A stretch of 63,966 nucleotides of DNA, counting the filler, from Saprolegnia diclina VS20 (lineage: Eukaryota), in the NCBI RefSeq assembly GCF_000281045.1. It is 12 parts of 3 records of this genome, joined end to end, with 100 filler letters (N's around TTAATTAATTAA, not from the genome) between each part and the next. Parts side by side here need not be neighbours in the genome. Positions count along the whole stretch, not along the records: positions 24,341 to 25,903 come from NW_008246139.1; positions 26,004 to 35,756 come from NW_008246139.1; positions 35,857 to 54,380 come from NW_008246139.1; 9 more parts are not named here. One strand, 5' to 3'. The position numbers and the translations under genes were made by a program. The notes below the pieces were generated by a model that was not told the DNA's origin, did no database searches, and was given only the letters and a program-made list of their open reading frames with translations. Below are positions 25,258 through 38,118 of this stretch, in pieces (the stretch's first letter is position 1; each line of letters opens with the position of its first letter).

Positions 25258-25903
25258 TTGGGACATGGCGTTCTAGATGTCGACTGGCCGATCGCACCGG
25301 CACTGGCGGCGTCGTTGATGGAGACAAGCCCCGAGAAGACGACGCTCCTGCTCCCGCCGTCGGCCATCTCGACGAGCTTCTACCTCGACCAATGGTCTTT
25401 CGAATACGATACTATTGCCTGTGGACTAAAGCTCGGCGCGCGCTACTACGTCTACGACTTTGCACATTTCGCGATCGATACCGTCGGGTCGGCTTCGGCG
25501 CTAGTGCCGACGTCTGCTTCGCCACCAGGAACGTTTGCGACGCTGCTCTACTTTATGCCGTCCGACTGCACTGGCGGTGCCGTGACCGTCACGTACGACG
25601 ATCGGACGACGACGTACGAGACTCTCAGCGGGCACTCGGTGGTCTTCTTCAACACGTGCCACGTCTCGGTCGCACCGATCACATCGGGCACCCGCGGCGT
25701 CTTTGTGCATCATGTGAGCCACGAGGACTATGACAGCGACTACAGTTATTGCTTTACGCCACCACAGCTGCCATCCAAGGCCGATATTGACGACGCGATC
25801 AAGATGGCAAATTACTGCATCATTCACGTCGAGCTTGAAACGTGGACCACCGCGCCACAGTATGCGACGCTAACCGGTCGTGACAAGGCGGTCGTCGACT
25901 GGC
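25258..25903 (+). pseudogene. 2OG-Fe(II) oxygenase-like copy 3, separated from its start by rearranged DNA; 3' end in gap
   Basis: Translation nearly identical to copies 1 and 2 (DVDWPIAPALAASLMETSPEK, TFATLLYFMPSDCTGG). The presumed start at 24458 is broken after 12 codons by the hairpin. Confidence 0.6.
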
Positions 25904-26003
25904 NNNNNNNNNNNNNNNNNNNNNNNNNNNNNNNNNNNNNNNNNNNNTTAATTAATTAANNNNNNNNNNNNNNNNNNNNNNNNNNNNNNNNNNNNNNNNN
26001 NNN

Positions 26004-29000
26004 CGCCCACCCCATCGACGGCCTCAGCGACCGGTTCCGCGTCGTCTCGGCGCAGATCGCGGTGCCTGGCGTTCGCCTCACAGTGCTCAACGACATGAAC
26101 AACATGCATCTTCCACTGCTGCATGCCGAGGTCGTCCCGATATCGATGGCGCTTCAGACGCAACGACGCCGTGCGACGCTCTTCTTGCATCTCGGCATGA
26201 ACCTCCAGGCGTACAACCGCCGCCTCGCCGTGTGGGAGCCCATTCTCGAAGAATTTCCAGTGCATGTCGCGTACCATGCGCACGGCGGCGTCGTTTGCGA
26301 CGTCTGCCTCTACGAAGACAGCGTGCTCGAGTGCCTAAGTACCCCACAGTGCGTCTTCCCGACGGCCAAGACCCACCTTTTCACGTCGATTGCGCGGCGG
26401 GCGTTTGAGACCAAGCAGCAGATCCAGCGCGATTTGCTCCAGTGCGAGGCGTCGGGCGCGGGCGACACGCTGCTGCTGACGATGCCGTCGGGCCTGGCGC
26501 TCAACGTCTCGCGCAACAACCTGCACGTGCTCTTCCACGGCCTCGAGCTCTTTACGCAGGATCGAGCGGGCGACTCGGGGCGCCCCGAGACCTTTGGCTC
26601 CAACGTCTACGTCGACAACCAAAGCGGCGTCCTCTTGGCCTATGCGATGGTCGATACCGTGGCGTCGGACAGCACGGAGAGCGGGTCGCGCTTGCTATGG
26701 ACGCCGGTGCGCAGCGGCAGCTGTGTGCCCACGAGCATGCTAGCGCACGAAGCCCCCGCGGGTATCGTCATGGCCCCGATGCGCCGCCTGCTGTGGCTCA
26801 AGTACGACAAGAAGCCGATGCTGGTGCCCATCGAGCACGGCCACAAGAGCTGCTTCCAGTTCCAAGCCGACCAGCCGCTCTTGGGCGAGACTGTCGCCGA
26901 GAAAGGGACGCTGATTCTGCGCATTCGGTCGGCGGTGCAGCTGCGCAACTTGCTTGGGGTGCCCGTCGATGTGCACTACGACATGCCCACGGGGCCGCCG
27001 TTTCTGCTGAGTGCCGGCGCGTCGACGTACGTGCCCGTGCAGGCGCTCAAGGACGGGTACGTGACGCTGTGTCCGCGGCTCGACGACGGCGCTCTGGACC
27101 CGGGCTTGCCGCTGGCGTGGCGCACGCTCGTGGCCGCAGCCAAGAAGGCACCGCAGGAGAAGGCCAAGATGGGCCACATTGTCGATACGATCACGTTCTT
27201 TTGGCGGGCGTATCCGGCGCAAACGACGGCCGGCGTGCACTTGCCCCCGTACAATGTGCTCGTCGTTGCCAGCAGCGTCGACTTGGATCTGAGTTTGTCG
27301 CTGCACGCGCCCTTGAGTGTCGAGAATCTCTTGCCGTGGCCGGCCACGTACCACTTGCTGCATGTACGTAGTACGCGACTAGGTTCTAGAATCGCTAAAT
27401 CCTGGGACTAGGAGTCCAAGGACGGCCGGCAAGAGATCGCGATGGGGGCCATCGACTCGGGCAGCTGCGCGTCCATGTGTGTGGTCGACATGCGCCAAGA
27501 CGTCTCGATCGCACTGAGCCTTGCGGTGCCGAGCGTCGGCCTGCCGCGGTCGACCGATATCGTGTGGATCTTTGGCCCCAAGTTGGCGACTCAGCGGCAG
27601 TATGCAACCCTCGGCGCTAACTGCGTCGTCGTCGTCGACCTCTGTGACCCACTGCAGGTGCTTACACTACCATGAAGTACCTTTGTCAACACTTCAACTA
27701 GACGAGCGACCGGACGCCGCATCGACATGGGCCCGTGGCTTGCCGCCTCTACGCCGAGTATTGGTTCATCGACCGGTCGGGCCTCGGGCTCCACTTTGAC
27801 ACACCGACAACGACCATTCAGTCGCAGCGGCTGCTGGCGCCGTCGCCGGACGAAGTGTTTTTTGCAGCGAATCCGCTCACGATCGCGTCGCAGACGTCGG
27901 TTGTGTGCGCCAAGGTGCTCGATGGGTCGGCGCAGTGGACGTCGACGGCGATCGACCTCTCGGCCATTGGCACGCGGGCGCCGCTGAGCTTGCACCGGAC
28001 GCACGTTGGCCTCAAGAACGTTGGCACGCGGCTCTCCAAGCACTTTTCGTCGCTCATGGGCATTGCCGAAGAGAAGCCCGAGGCCGGCGCCACGACCGAG
28101 TTTGCGCTCGGTGTCCGCCTCGACCAAGGGCCCGGCCGCTTCTCCCGGACGACCGTCGTCACCTTGACGCCGCGGTACCTTCTTGTCAACAAATCGCTGG
28201 ACGCTACGCTCGAGGTGACGCAAAGCGGGTCCCGCGCCTTGACGCGCCTCTCGCCCGGCGACCAAGCGTTCTTCCACTGGGAGAGCGACCACGATCAAAA
28301 GGTCCAAGTGCGCTGGCTGCCACTCGGCGGCAAGCGCCCGACGATGTGGACGCATGCATTTGAGATGGATGTTGTCGGCGACTTTATGCTCAAGATGCAC
28401 GCGCCACCGCCGACGCATGACGTCTTCACGGACTGCGGCGTCCACGACCACCCGACCGCGCACATGCTCCACGTTGCGATTCAGCTTCAGGACCCGATGC
28501 TGGTGGTTGTACTCCACGCCGCCGTCGAGGCGCGGCCCGACGTCAACCTGCCGATCCCATACATTGTCCGAAACGACTGCACCCGGTTCCGCGTTGTGCT
28601 ATGGCAAAAGCAGGACGCCCCTTCGCACGCCTACCAGAGCCTCGACGTGCTGCCGCCGTTGACATCGCTGGCGTACGTGCCGGACGTACCGCGCAACAAC
28701 CCGACGGTGTGTCTCCAGCTGCAGAGCACGCTCCTCTCGTCGTCGCCGATGAAGGAGCTCGAGCTCGTGCCGCAAGACGCGCTCGTCAACATTGAAGTGA
28801 CGTTCGACAAGCCGCACCGACTGCCCGTGATCCAGGTTGGGAAGCGTCGGGTGTGGGTGGACATGCTCATGGATGGCACGACCAAGTCGATCGTCGTCAC
28901 CGACATGCTGCCCGGGACGTCCGAGGCGCACACGCACAAGCGGCAGTCGATGCTGCTGAAGGACTGGAAGCACATTCTCCGGCGCCTCGCGCAGACGGCT

Positions 29001-32000
29001 CAGGTCCTCGCACCCGTGCCAAGCAGTGTCGCGCGGCCAGAGACGATGCAAAGCGATCACTACGCGCTGTGTCTCTATGTCCTCGAGGCGCGGCGCCTCG
29101 GCTGCCTCCTCCCCACGGTGGGCGAGACCTTCCGCCCGTTTGTCAAGATCCACTTGCACGGTCGCTCCAAGGAGGTACACCCGCAGAAGCAAGCGATCTC
29201 GCCGATTTGGCTGCCGCAAGAGACGGAGGCCGTGCGCGGCGTCCTGGCGGCGTCTACCACCAGCGTGCTCCGCCTCGAGGTTCGCGATGCCGACGCCATC
29301 TTTGGGAGTACGCTTCTCGGGTACTATGAGCTGGACGTCAGTGTCCTGTGCGACGCTACGCAGCCAAGCACCCTCGACGTGTGGTGTCCGTTGACGTCGA
29401 GCGTGACGGGCATGCCGTCCTCTGCGTCAGTGCACCTACTCGTGTCGCTGTCTCCCTCGGCCATGGACCAAATGCACGAAGAGGTCCTGATCGCGAATGC
29501 TGTCCGCGCTGACGTCGAGATGGCGCTCGGGTGTCGAGACCGGTTCCAGCTGGTGCTGGAAGCCGCGTCGCTGGACGTGGCCGACCTCGAGTCGAGCACC
29601 GACGGCGACCGGCGCAGCCTCACGAGCTTTAGCACTGCGACAAGCACGGCGAGCGACGATACGCTCTTGGATGAAAAGAAGCAGCTCAGCGTCGTTGTCA
29701 TGCACGTCTCGTCGCCGCTGCCGTTGCAGTCGACGCACAACTACTACGTCGCGATCGAGTCGGACCTCTCGACCCGGTGCACGACACCTGTGTTGCCCAA
29801 AGACGACGCGGTGACACCGAGACAGCGCGAGACGCCGGTGGTCCTCGACTTTCTTGGTGGCCATGCGCTCGGCCTCGACTTGGTGTACGCCGATGGCCAC
29901 GTGCACGTCCACGGCGTCGACTGCGACGGGCAGAGCGGACTCTACTACAAGGACGGGCGCATCCGGGTTGGTGACCGCGTCCAAGCCGTCAATAGCCACA
30001 CGATTCTCAACCTTTCGAAAGACGCAGCGTTTGCTGCGATCGAAGCCGCGCGGAGTGACGCCGCGGTGTTTACACTGACGCTGGCGCCGACGACGACGCC
30101 GGACGACGCGCCGGTTGTCGATATCGAGTGGAATCGGAGGCTCCTCTTTGGTGAAGCCAAGGCCGACGGGTACCTCAAGGTACGCTTGTACGAGCGGCCG
30201 CGCGAGAAGGACCACGGCGTTAGCGAAGAGAAGGAGGCCAGTGTCCTACCGTTCCTGTACTTTTTTGGGGAAGACGCGATCATGGACGACCTCGACCACA
30301 GCTAGCAGCATCGGCAGACCGACACGCTGCTCGCGATTTGCTGGGTGCGTATTCCGGACGACGACGACGACTGGGTCCGTGTCGAGCACGCCCACGAGCG
30401 CATCTGCGCCTTGTACCAGTTTGTACCGACGGCGACCAGCGGGAGTGAGCTTCGCATTGTGGGTCACATTCGCATCGCGCTCAAGTGGGAGCTGCTCAAG
30501 CCATTGGACGCCGTTGCACCGTCGCTTTCGCTGTACGCCCAGATCGACGTCGGACCGGTGTTTGTCTCGCTCGTCGACCTCAACGAAGAGGTGCTCTGCG
30601 CGTCCTTGACAGGGTCGCCCGACGTGCCCGGCATTCAAGTGAGCTACGGCGTCGTCTCGGACAATCGGCAAGTCATCAACGTCCGCCTCGACCACGTGCA
30701 GCTCGACAACCAGCTCGTGGATACCAACTACCCCGTGACGCTTGCGCCGGTGCGGCCTAGCGGCGGCGAGGCCATGCCCACGGTGCAGTTCATGGCGGTG
30801 GTCAACGTCTTGCCCGCCGTCATGCATTTCGAGTACATTTTCGCGCAGCTCCAGGTCCACATGACACGACATCGTGGTCCCACCTTTGTTTCTCGTAGGA
30901 ACTCGAGATCAAGGTCGAAGACTTTCTGCTCGTCGCGATCGCGCGGGTCTTCTCCAACATTGACTGGAGTTTCCAGGCGCCGGCACTGGCGCCGCGCGCG
31001 TCGTCGGTCTACGCGCTCCTGTCGGCGCAGAATCTGCTCGCAGAGTTGCACATCACCGACTCGATGCTCGAAGAGAACAAGAAGGTCGTCCTTCGCTGGC
31101 TCTTGCTGTGCCCGATCCGGCTCAACGTGACGTTCTCGAGCACGACCGACCAGCCGCTAACGCACTCGATCGTACGTCCTACGAACTTCGACACTGGATA
31201 CTGGATAGGATAACGTGGTTTGGATAGCTCTCGCCGCAAATGAGTCCGCTTTTGCGCAACATCATTGGGGCAGCGACGGCGCTCGTGACGAATTTGGACC
31301 GCGCGCCGATCGAGATCCCCGAGTTTTACATTGAGAGCGTCTTTGAGACCAAGTACGCGCTCGGCTTTTACGTCATGCAACACTACTTGCATTATGGGCT
31401 CCGGTCCTGGTACAAGGTACCGCCGGGCTTCCTCTTGCTACGTTGAAACATTGATACTATGGTAGATTGTCGGGTCGGTCGATGTGCTCGGGAACCCGAT
31501 CGGCCTCGTGAGCACCCTCGGCACGGGCGTGCGCGACTTCTTCTTCACGCCGGCGCAGATGCTTCTCGAAGACGAGTCTGGTCTGCGGATTGAGAACCTT
31601 CGCACCGGCATGACCAAGGTACGTGGGTCGCTTGATACTAAGTTGATACTCGGATAGGGCTCCAAGAGCCTCTTGCGCAACACGGCCGTCGGTATCTTCC
31701 ACACGACGGGCAAGATCACCGAGACGCTCGGCAAGGGTATTGCGATGCTAGCGATGGACAACGAGTACAACACGCAGCGCCAGCAACGCGCGCTCAAACA
31801 AGTAGGACGCTACGTCTGTTGGTTACAAGGATCCACTTGGGGTAGGCAACGACCATCTCGCATCTGGGCGACGGCATCGTCGAAGGCGGCAAGGACCTCG
31901 CCGGCGGCATCTGGGAAGGCGTCCGTGGTGTCGTCATCGAGCCCGTCGTCGGTGCCGCCAACGACGGTGCCGGCGGCTTCATTGTGGGGCTTGGCAAGGT

Positions 32001-33356
32001 ACCTCTCTGCTATGCGTGCAGTCACAGCACACCAGAAATGGCGCAGGGCTTTGCAGGACTGCTCGTCAAGCCGACCGCGGGCGTGCTTGACTTGCTCACG
32101 AGCGTCTCGCACGGCGTCAAAGTCACGGCCGAATCGATGGACGCTCGCCTCGAGCGCCGTGGGTCGAGCCGCGTCCGCCTTCCGCGCCGTTTTGGGTACC
32201 GCTTCCACGCTGGTATTGATGAGATACTGATGGTGTGCTTAGGTCGGACGGTGTTCTGGTTGCCTACTCGGAGGTACGTGGGTGGCATCAACACTATTGT
32301 CATGCGTTTGTATCGTAGCGGGAGGCCAAGGGCAGTGCGCTCATGCTGCTGACGGGTCTTGAAGACGAATATGTCTACCACGTCGAGTACGGTGACGAAG
32401 CCAACCGGGGTCTCGTGCTCCTCACCAACAAGCGCATCACGTGTCTCGCCAAAGGCCACCCGCTCTGGGAGCTCGCACTCGACTCGACCTTGGTCGTGGA
32501 GGCTGTCGACCACACGCTCCGGGTGACCGCCGTCAAGAAGCTCTACTCTATTCCGTGTCATGCGTCGCCGCGGCTGTTCCAGGTCGCTGTCGAACACCTC
32601 CGCAGTAGCAGCGGCCTCCAGGAGACGCGGTACTTGCTCTTGAACTTGGAGAAGAAGGGCCGATGCACCGAGGTGTCGACGGACGTCAGCGTCACGAAGG
32701 ACCCTGGCGCCGAAACCGTGGTCTTGGAGCTCTCGGACCTCCAAAGCCAACCGATCCGGTCGATCCGCGTCGAGCTCTGCCACATTGACAACAAGGACGC
32801 CCGTGCCCGTGTGCCCCACCGCCCTTCGATATCTTTTTTGGCGATTTCTTGCACTTTGATTCGGTTGCATTGTGGCCTTGACTCTCAGCGTACGATGTGC
32901 TTGCGTCCTTCTCGGTCTACCGGCTGCTCGTGCTCGGGGGTCCGTACCAGTGGACAGTCTTCCGGCGCTTCAGCGAGTTTCGGTTTGCCACCTTGATACA
33001 TTGATACATTTGCAGCATACGTTTGAGTAGGGCGCTCCACGAGACGTTGCAGCAGCTCGTCGACATGAGCTCTTTGCCACGGTTGCCGCCGCGTCACCTC
33101 TTCTTTTCGACCCGCGCGTCCATCGTACTCGTTTTACTATAACAATGGGTATGAGACAATGATGCGGGTTAGGTCAAGGGTCGGCAGGACGCGCTGAGCG
33201 TCTACCTCCAAGCCGTCATCATGCACCCGCCGATCCTGCACGCCGCCGGTACGAGAGCTCTCAAGTGACGAACGCTGTATGTATGCTGTAGAAATGCAAC
33301 ACTTTTTGACGCACGAGGCCAGCGACGTGCACGTGGCCCACGTCGGTCTGCCGTAG
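26004..33356 (+). CDS. VPS13: VPS13-family lipid-transfer protein, C-terminal half, multi-exon, with C2, PDZ-like and terminal PX domains
   Basis: VPS13 motifs YNRRLAVWEPILE, APLSVENLLP, LYAEYWFIDRSG, TTVVTLTPRYLLVN, PYIVRND, VQLDNQL, IVGSVDVLGNPIGLV..LGTGVRDFF, GLLVKPTAGVLD and RVRLPRRF. C2: VLEARRL...PFVKI...SPIW...LEVRDAD...LLG. PDZ: LGLDL...GRIRVGDRVQAVN. PX: WTVFRRFSEF..LH...LPRLPP...R...L..YLQ...EMQHFL. Confidence 0.85.
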
Positions 33357-33804
33357 CGAGGATCGAACTGTGTACCACACGCACTTAGCACTTCTTTATC
33401 CATGGTCCTTGGTGCTGACAAGCGACCTTTACGCACGGCGATACCGCTGGCATCGTAGCCAGATCGCTCAGTTAGGATGCGTTGGTGGACACTCGCCTTG
33501 AGCGCACTCTCAGGTGGAGAAGTGGGTCAGGAGCTGCGCCAACTCTGCCTGTGTTTTCGCCGGCGGTGGTCGCCATACCCAAGTACCCCAAGTACACAGT
33601 CTCTTGGGGTCGGCTTGCATGGTCTTGTCGTCAGCCGTCCGGCGAGACTCGTAAGAGACACAAGCACATCCCCTGCTTGCGCTGGCGAGGTCCACCGCGT
33701 CGGCAGAGACGGCGGCGTGCTCAAATTTTGGAGCCACAACCGCGTGCAACGGTGGTGATGGGCACAGGATCGATGGCCTTTCCCACTTTGCCTTATCGGG
33801 TAGC

Positions 33805-36026
33805 ATGTTGCGCTGGCTGCTGCTGCCGGCGGCGGCGAGTGCGCTGTTGACACAGGACCCTGGCACGACCGCCGTGACGCAGACCGTGGGCGAGAACTTG
33901 ACGCTAACCCTCAGCTGTCCGGACGCTTCGACGGCGATCAATAAGATTCTCTTTGCGTCCTACGGTATGCCCAAGGGCGACGGTCTCGCCGCGTCGGCCG
34001 AGAGCTACTGCGACTCGCCCAAGTCCAAGCCGGTCGTGCAGAGCTACTGCCTCCAGCAGCAAGCCTGCAGCCTCTGGGCCGTCAACAGGTGCGACGCCGC
34101 AGCGACCATACCGGAGAGCGCTGATGGTGGTGTAGCTGGTTTACAGACGAATGCGTTGGCACGGCCAAGCACTTGACCGTCACGGCGCAGTGCGCAGCTG
34201 CCACACCGACACTCGCTCTCGACTCGGGCGCTATGCTTGCCGCCGCCAACGTGACAGAGAACAGCACGCTCTCGCTTGCCTGCGCCGACACGTCGGCAAC
34301 CATCAGCAAGATTCTCTTCGCCTCCTACGGCTTGCCAAGTAACGTGGGGCTGTACGCTGCCCAGGGCAAGTGCGACGCGGCCAACTCGACCGCGATCGTC
34401 GCCGCAGCCTGTCTCGGCAAGACAGCGTGCAGCGTCAGCGCCGACAACAGGTACCGATTTCTCGAGCGCGTCGTGGCGGCTCATGACGACGTAGTGTGTT
34501 TGGAAATCCCTGCGCCAGCATTCGCAAGCATCTCACCGTCACAGCGCAGTGCACCTCGTCCAACAAGAGCTCATCTTGTACGATCGCTGTTCGTCAGCAT
34601 TGCACTCACTTGCTGTAGCGACCGCGCTGATTGTCGGTATCGGCTGCGGCGTTGCCGTCCTCATGGCCGTCGTTGGCGGCTACGTCTGCTGCTCTCGGCG
34701 GCGCAAGGAGCCTCTCGAGACACGCCCGGATACCCCCGTCTACCAAATCCTCGAAAGCACCACCAACCGCGCAGACCCCAAGCCGCGAACACGCAACAGC
34801 AGCGTCGCAACAGGGCCAACCGGGCCTACGAGTGGACCCAATGACGCCAGCCAACACCACAAGACGTACCCCGAATCGTACGCCAACCTCGACATCCAAG
34901 CCCNNNNNNNNNNNNNNNNNNNNNNNNNNNNNNNNNNNNNNNNNNNNNNNNNNNNNNNNNNNNNNNNNNNNNNNNNNNNNNNNNNNNNNNNNNNNNNNNN
35001 NNNNNNNNNNNNNNNNNNNNNNNNNNNNNNNNNNNNNNNNNNNNNNNNNNNNNNNNNNNNNNNNNNNNNNNNNNNNNNNNNNNNNNNNNNNNNNNNNNNN
35101 NNNNNNNNNNNNNNNNNNNNNNNNNNNNNNNNNNNNNNNNNNNNNNNNNNNNNNNNNNNNNNNNNNNNNNNNNNNNNNNNNNNNNNNNGTCATCAGGTTT
35201 GTCGGCGCCAGCTGGACCCGCCCCATCGAGATCGAGTGCGTCGTCGAGTACATGGACCTCGGCGATCTTCGCAACTACCTCATGACGACGCGCCCGGGTG
35301 TCCTTACGTGGAGCCAAAAGTACGACGTCATCCTGAGCGTCATCCACGGCCTCGTGTACCTGCACACGTTCAAGGTCCCGATCATCCACCGCGACCTCAA
35401 GAGCCGCAACATCCTCCTCGACTCGGTCAAGGTTTGTTACAAATTGGCGATTTTACTGCAACCTAACCCTATGGTGGTTAGGGTACCAAGCTCACGGACT
35501 TTGGCACGTCGCGCGCCGCCGAGGCCGACGACACGATGACGACAGGCATTGGCACGTACCAGTGGATGGCGCCCGAGATCGTCGCGGGCACCAGCTACAC
35601 GGCGGCCGCCGACATTTACTCGTTCGGCATCGTCTTGTCGGAGCTGTGCACGCACAAGGTGCCGTACGCGGACCTGCGGCACCCAAAGACGGGCAAGGCG
35701 ATGCAGCAGCACTACATCTTGCACGAGGTGTGCGAAGGGCGGCTGCACCCAACGTTNNNNNNNNNNNNNNNNNNNNNNNNNNNNNNNNNNNNNNNNNNNN
35801 TTAATTAATTAANNNNNNNNNNNNNNNNNNNNNNNNNNNNNNNNNNNNNNNNNNNNACGGCGTCGGCGTGCCGACGTGGGTGCCGGAAGTGGCCAAGCAG
35901 TGTCTGCAGCTCAACGACGTCGACCGACCGACGGCGTTGGCGCTCTCGTCGATGCTCGGACAACACCGTCAGAGCATGCAACCAAAAGGGATCGGCGCGT
36001 CGTCTCGGCAAGAACGTACAGCCTAA
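33805..36026 (+). CDS. Receptor-like kinase 1: signal peptide, 2x SUEL/Gal-lectin, TM, TKL kinase
   Basis: Two LSC...ILFASYGxP...C...C...C...(D/N)xC...KHLTVTAQC domains; TM LIVGIGCGVAVLMAVVGGYVCC followed by RRRK; kinase IIHRDLKSRNILL, DFG, GTYQWMAPE, DIYSFG, DRPTA; stop at 36024-36026. Confidence 0.88.
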
Positions 36027-36663
36027 GTAGTGAATGTAGCGGACTGCAGGCAACTTGGAGCTCAGAGCTTGCATTTTGCATGCTATGCAGCGCATCATCG
36101 CTCGCCGACTGCTATCTTCTCGGCAACGTCCACACCGCGGCGCTAGAGGCGTCAGTGGATGAAGAAGTTCCCCTCCTCTCCTGGCGACCTTTTCACCACC
36201 AGCGAATGCTGCAAGCGAGTCGCCTCGCAGCGGCAACCACCGAGATCTTCACCACAGCACCGAAGCCTCAACCAACTTTTATGATTGTCGTCTTGGGTGC
36301 GTGGAGTAGCAAGCCACTCGACGCCAGGGTTGGTGGTCAGCTCTGATAGTGTGATAGCGATGCACCCAATACAGGTACCGTAGTAAGCAGCTGTACGAGT
36401 GGGCAAGACAAGGGCTCTCATCAGGACCGAAAGAGACGTGTCATTGCTCTATAGTACGGCGAGAAACCTAGTTGCGATGTCTTTTCTGTCTACCGTCCTC
36501 TGTCACCTTGAGCGAAAAGGGCAGCTAGGCGGCAGCTTGGCCTTCTCGTTACGAGTCGCTTGTCTCTCCGCGTGCCACGTCAGATTTGGGTAACCGGACG
36601 ATCCGGATACGCAGTAGCAATCGCAATCCCGTGCATCTCGGTATGGATTCCATATTTTACGCC

Positions 36664-38118
36664 ATGCGTTCGATCCTGCTGCTGCTGCTGCCAGGAGCCG
36701 TGGCGGTGCTCATGCAGGATCCAGGCACGACGCTCGTCACGGCGACGACGGGCGAGAACAGCTCGCTCACGCTGGCGTGCGCCGGCCCCAAGGCCGCAAT
36801 GACCAAGATCCTCTTTGCGTCCTACGGCACGCCCACAGGCATGGGTCTCTCGGCGTTGATTGCGCCGTCGTGCCACTCGGACACGTCGATCGCTGTCGTT
36901 GAAACCTACTGTCTGCAGCAGCCAGCGTGCAACCTCCGCGCCCACAACGAGTAGCTCGTTCGCTTGCTTTCATGATGCTCACGTTGCGTCCTAGCGACTT
37001 TGGCGACCCGTGCTTTGGTGTCGGCAAGAGGTTAACTGTCACGGCCGAGTGCGGACTCGCGACGCAGACGATCGAACCGGACGCTGGCGCGGTGGTCCTC
37101 GCGCAAAACGCCTCGGAGAACCGCGCGATCTCGCTTGCTTGCGACGCGCCGCTCGTCATCGCGAGAATCCTCTTTGCCTCGTACGGCACGCCCACCAACG
37201 TCGGTCTCTACGCCGCCAAGGGCAAGTGCGATGCGGCCAACTCGACGGACGTAGTGTCGACAGCGTGTCTCAGCAAGGCAGGATGCACTGTCAGCGCGAC
37301 CAGCAGGTGCCCTTGCGCATTCCACTGTCATTATGCATCATGTACTTAGCCTCTTTGGGAATCCGTGCCCGAAATTTGACAAGCAGCTCACGGTCACGGC
37401 CGAGTGCGCCGCATCGGTCATCTCACCAACTGCCGCTCCATACACGAGCGGTGGCAGTGCGCAGGGCGGTGGCAATACGTCTCCGACAACCAGTGGTGCG
37501 ACGATCGCGAGCACATCTACCCTAACCCTCCTGTCGATCTATAGCCACGCCGATGATCATTGGCGTCGTATGTGGCATTATCGTCCTTGTCCTGTGCTGC
37601 GTCGCAGGAGGCATTGCCTGGCGACGGCGCTCGAAGCCAAGGCCCGCAAGTCCGATATACCACAGCCTCGAGAGCACGACCAACCGCAGTGAGCCCAAGC
37701 CCTACACGCTCATCAGCAACGACACGACGGGTCCGTCCAACCCGACGACTGGGCCACAAGATCAGGGCCCCGTCGTTCGTCCTTTTGATGGTGGCCGGCG
37801 CCACATTTACCCGTCGTCGTTCATCAACCTCAATGTCCAGCCGCTCTTGTACCACCGCCTCGTGCTCGAGGACCTCCGCGTGACGAGCAAGAAGCCGCTG
37901 GCCTCCGGCGCATACGGCGAAGTCTGGCTCGGCGTCTACGGTGGCCAGCAAGTCGCGATCAAGCGACTCAAACAGAGGGACCCGCGCTCCGTCCAAAAGT
38001 TCATTGAGGAAATCGTCCTCATGTCCCAGTACGTTCCTGCTCGTCGTCAGGTATCAACCGTCTATCGACTAACTACTCTGCTGTGTAGACTCGATAGCGA
38101 CTATGTCATCAGGTTTGT
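36664..38118 (+). CDS. Receptor-like kinase 2 (same architecture; most of the kinase lies in gap 38119-38820)
   Basis: MRSILLLLLPGAVA signal peptide; two FASYGTP lectin domains (FGDPCFGVGKRLTVTAEC, FGNPCPKFDKQLTVTAEC); S/T/G-rich stalk; TM IIGVVCGIIVLVLCCVAGGIAW; kinase start LASGAYGEVW and VAIK. Confidence 0.85.
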
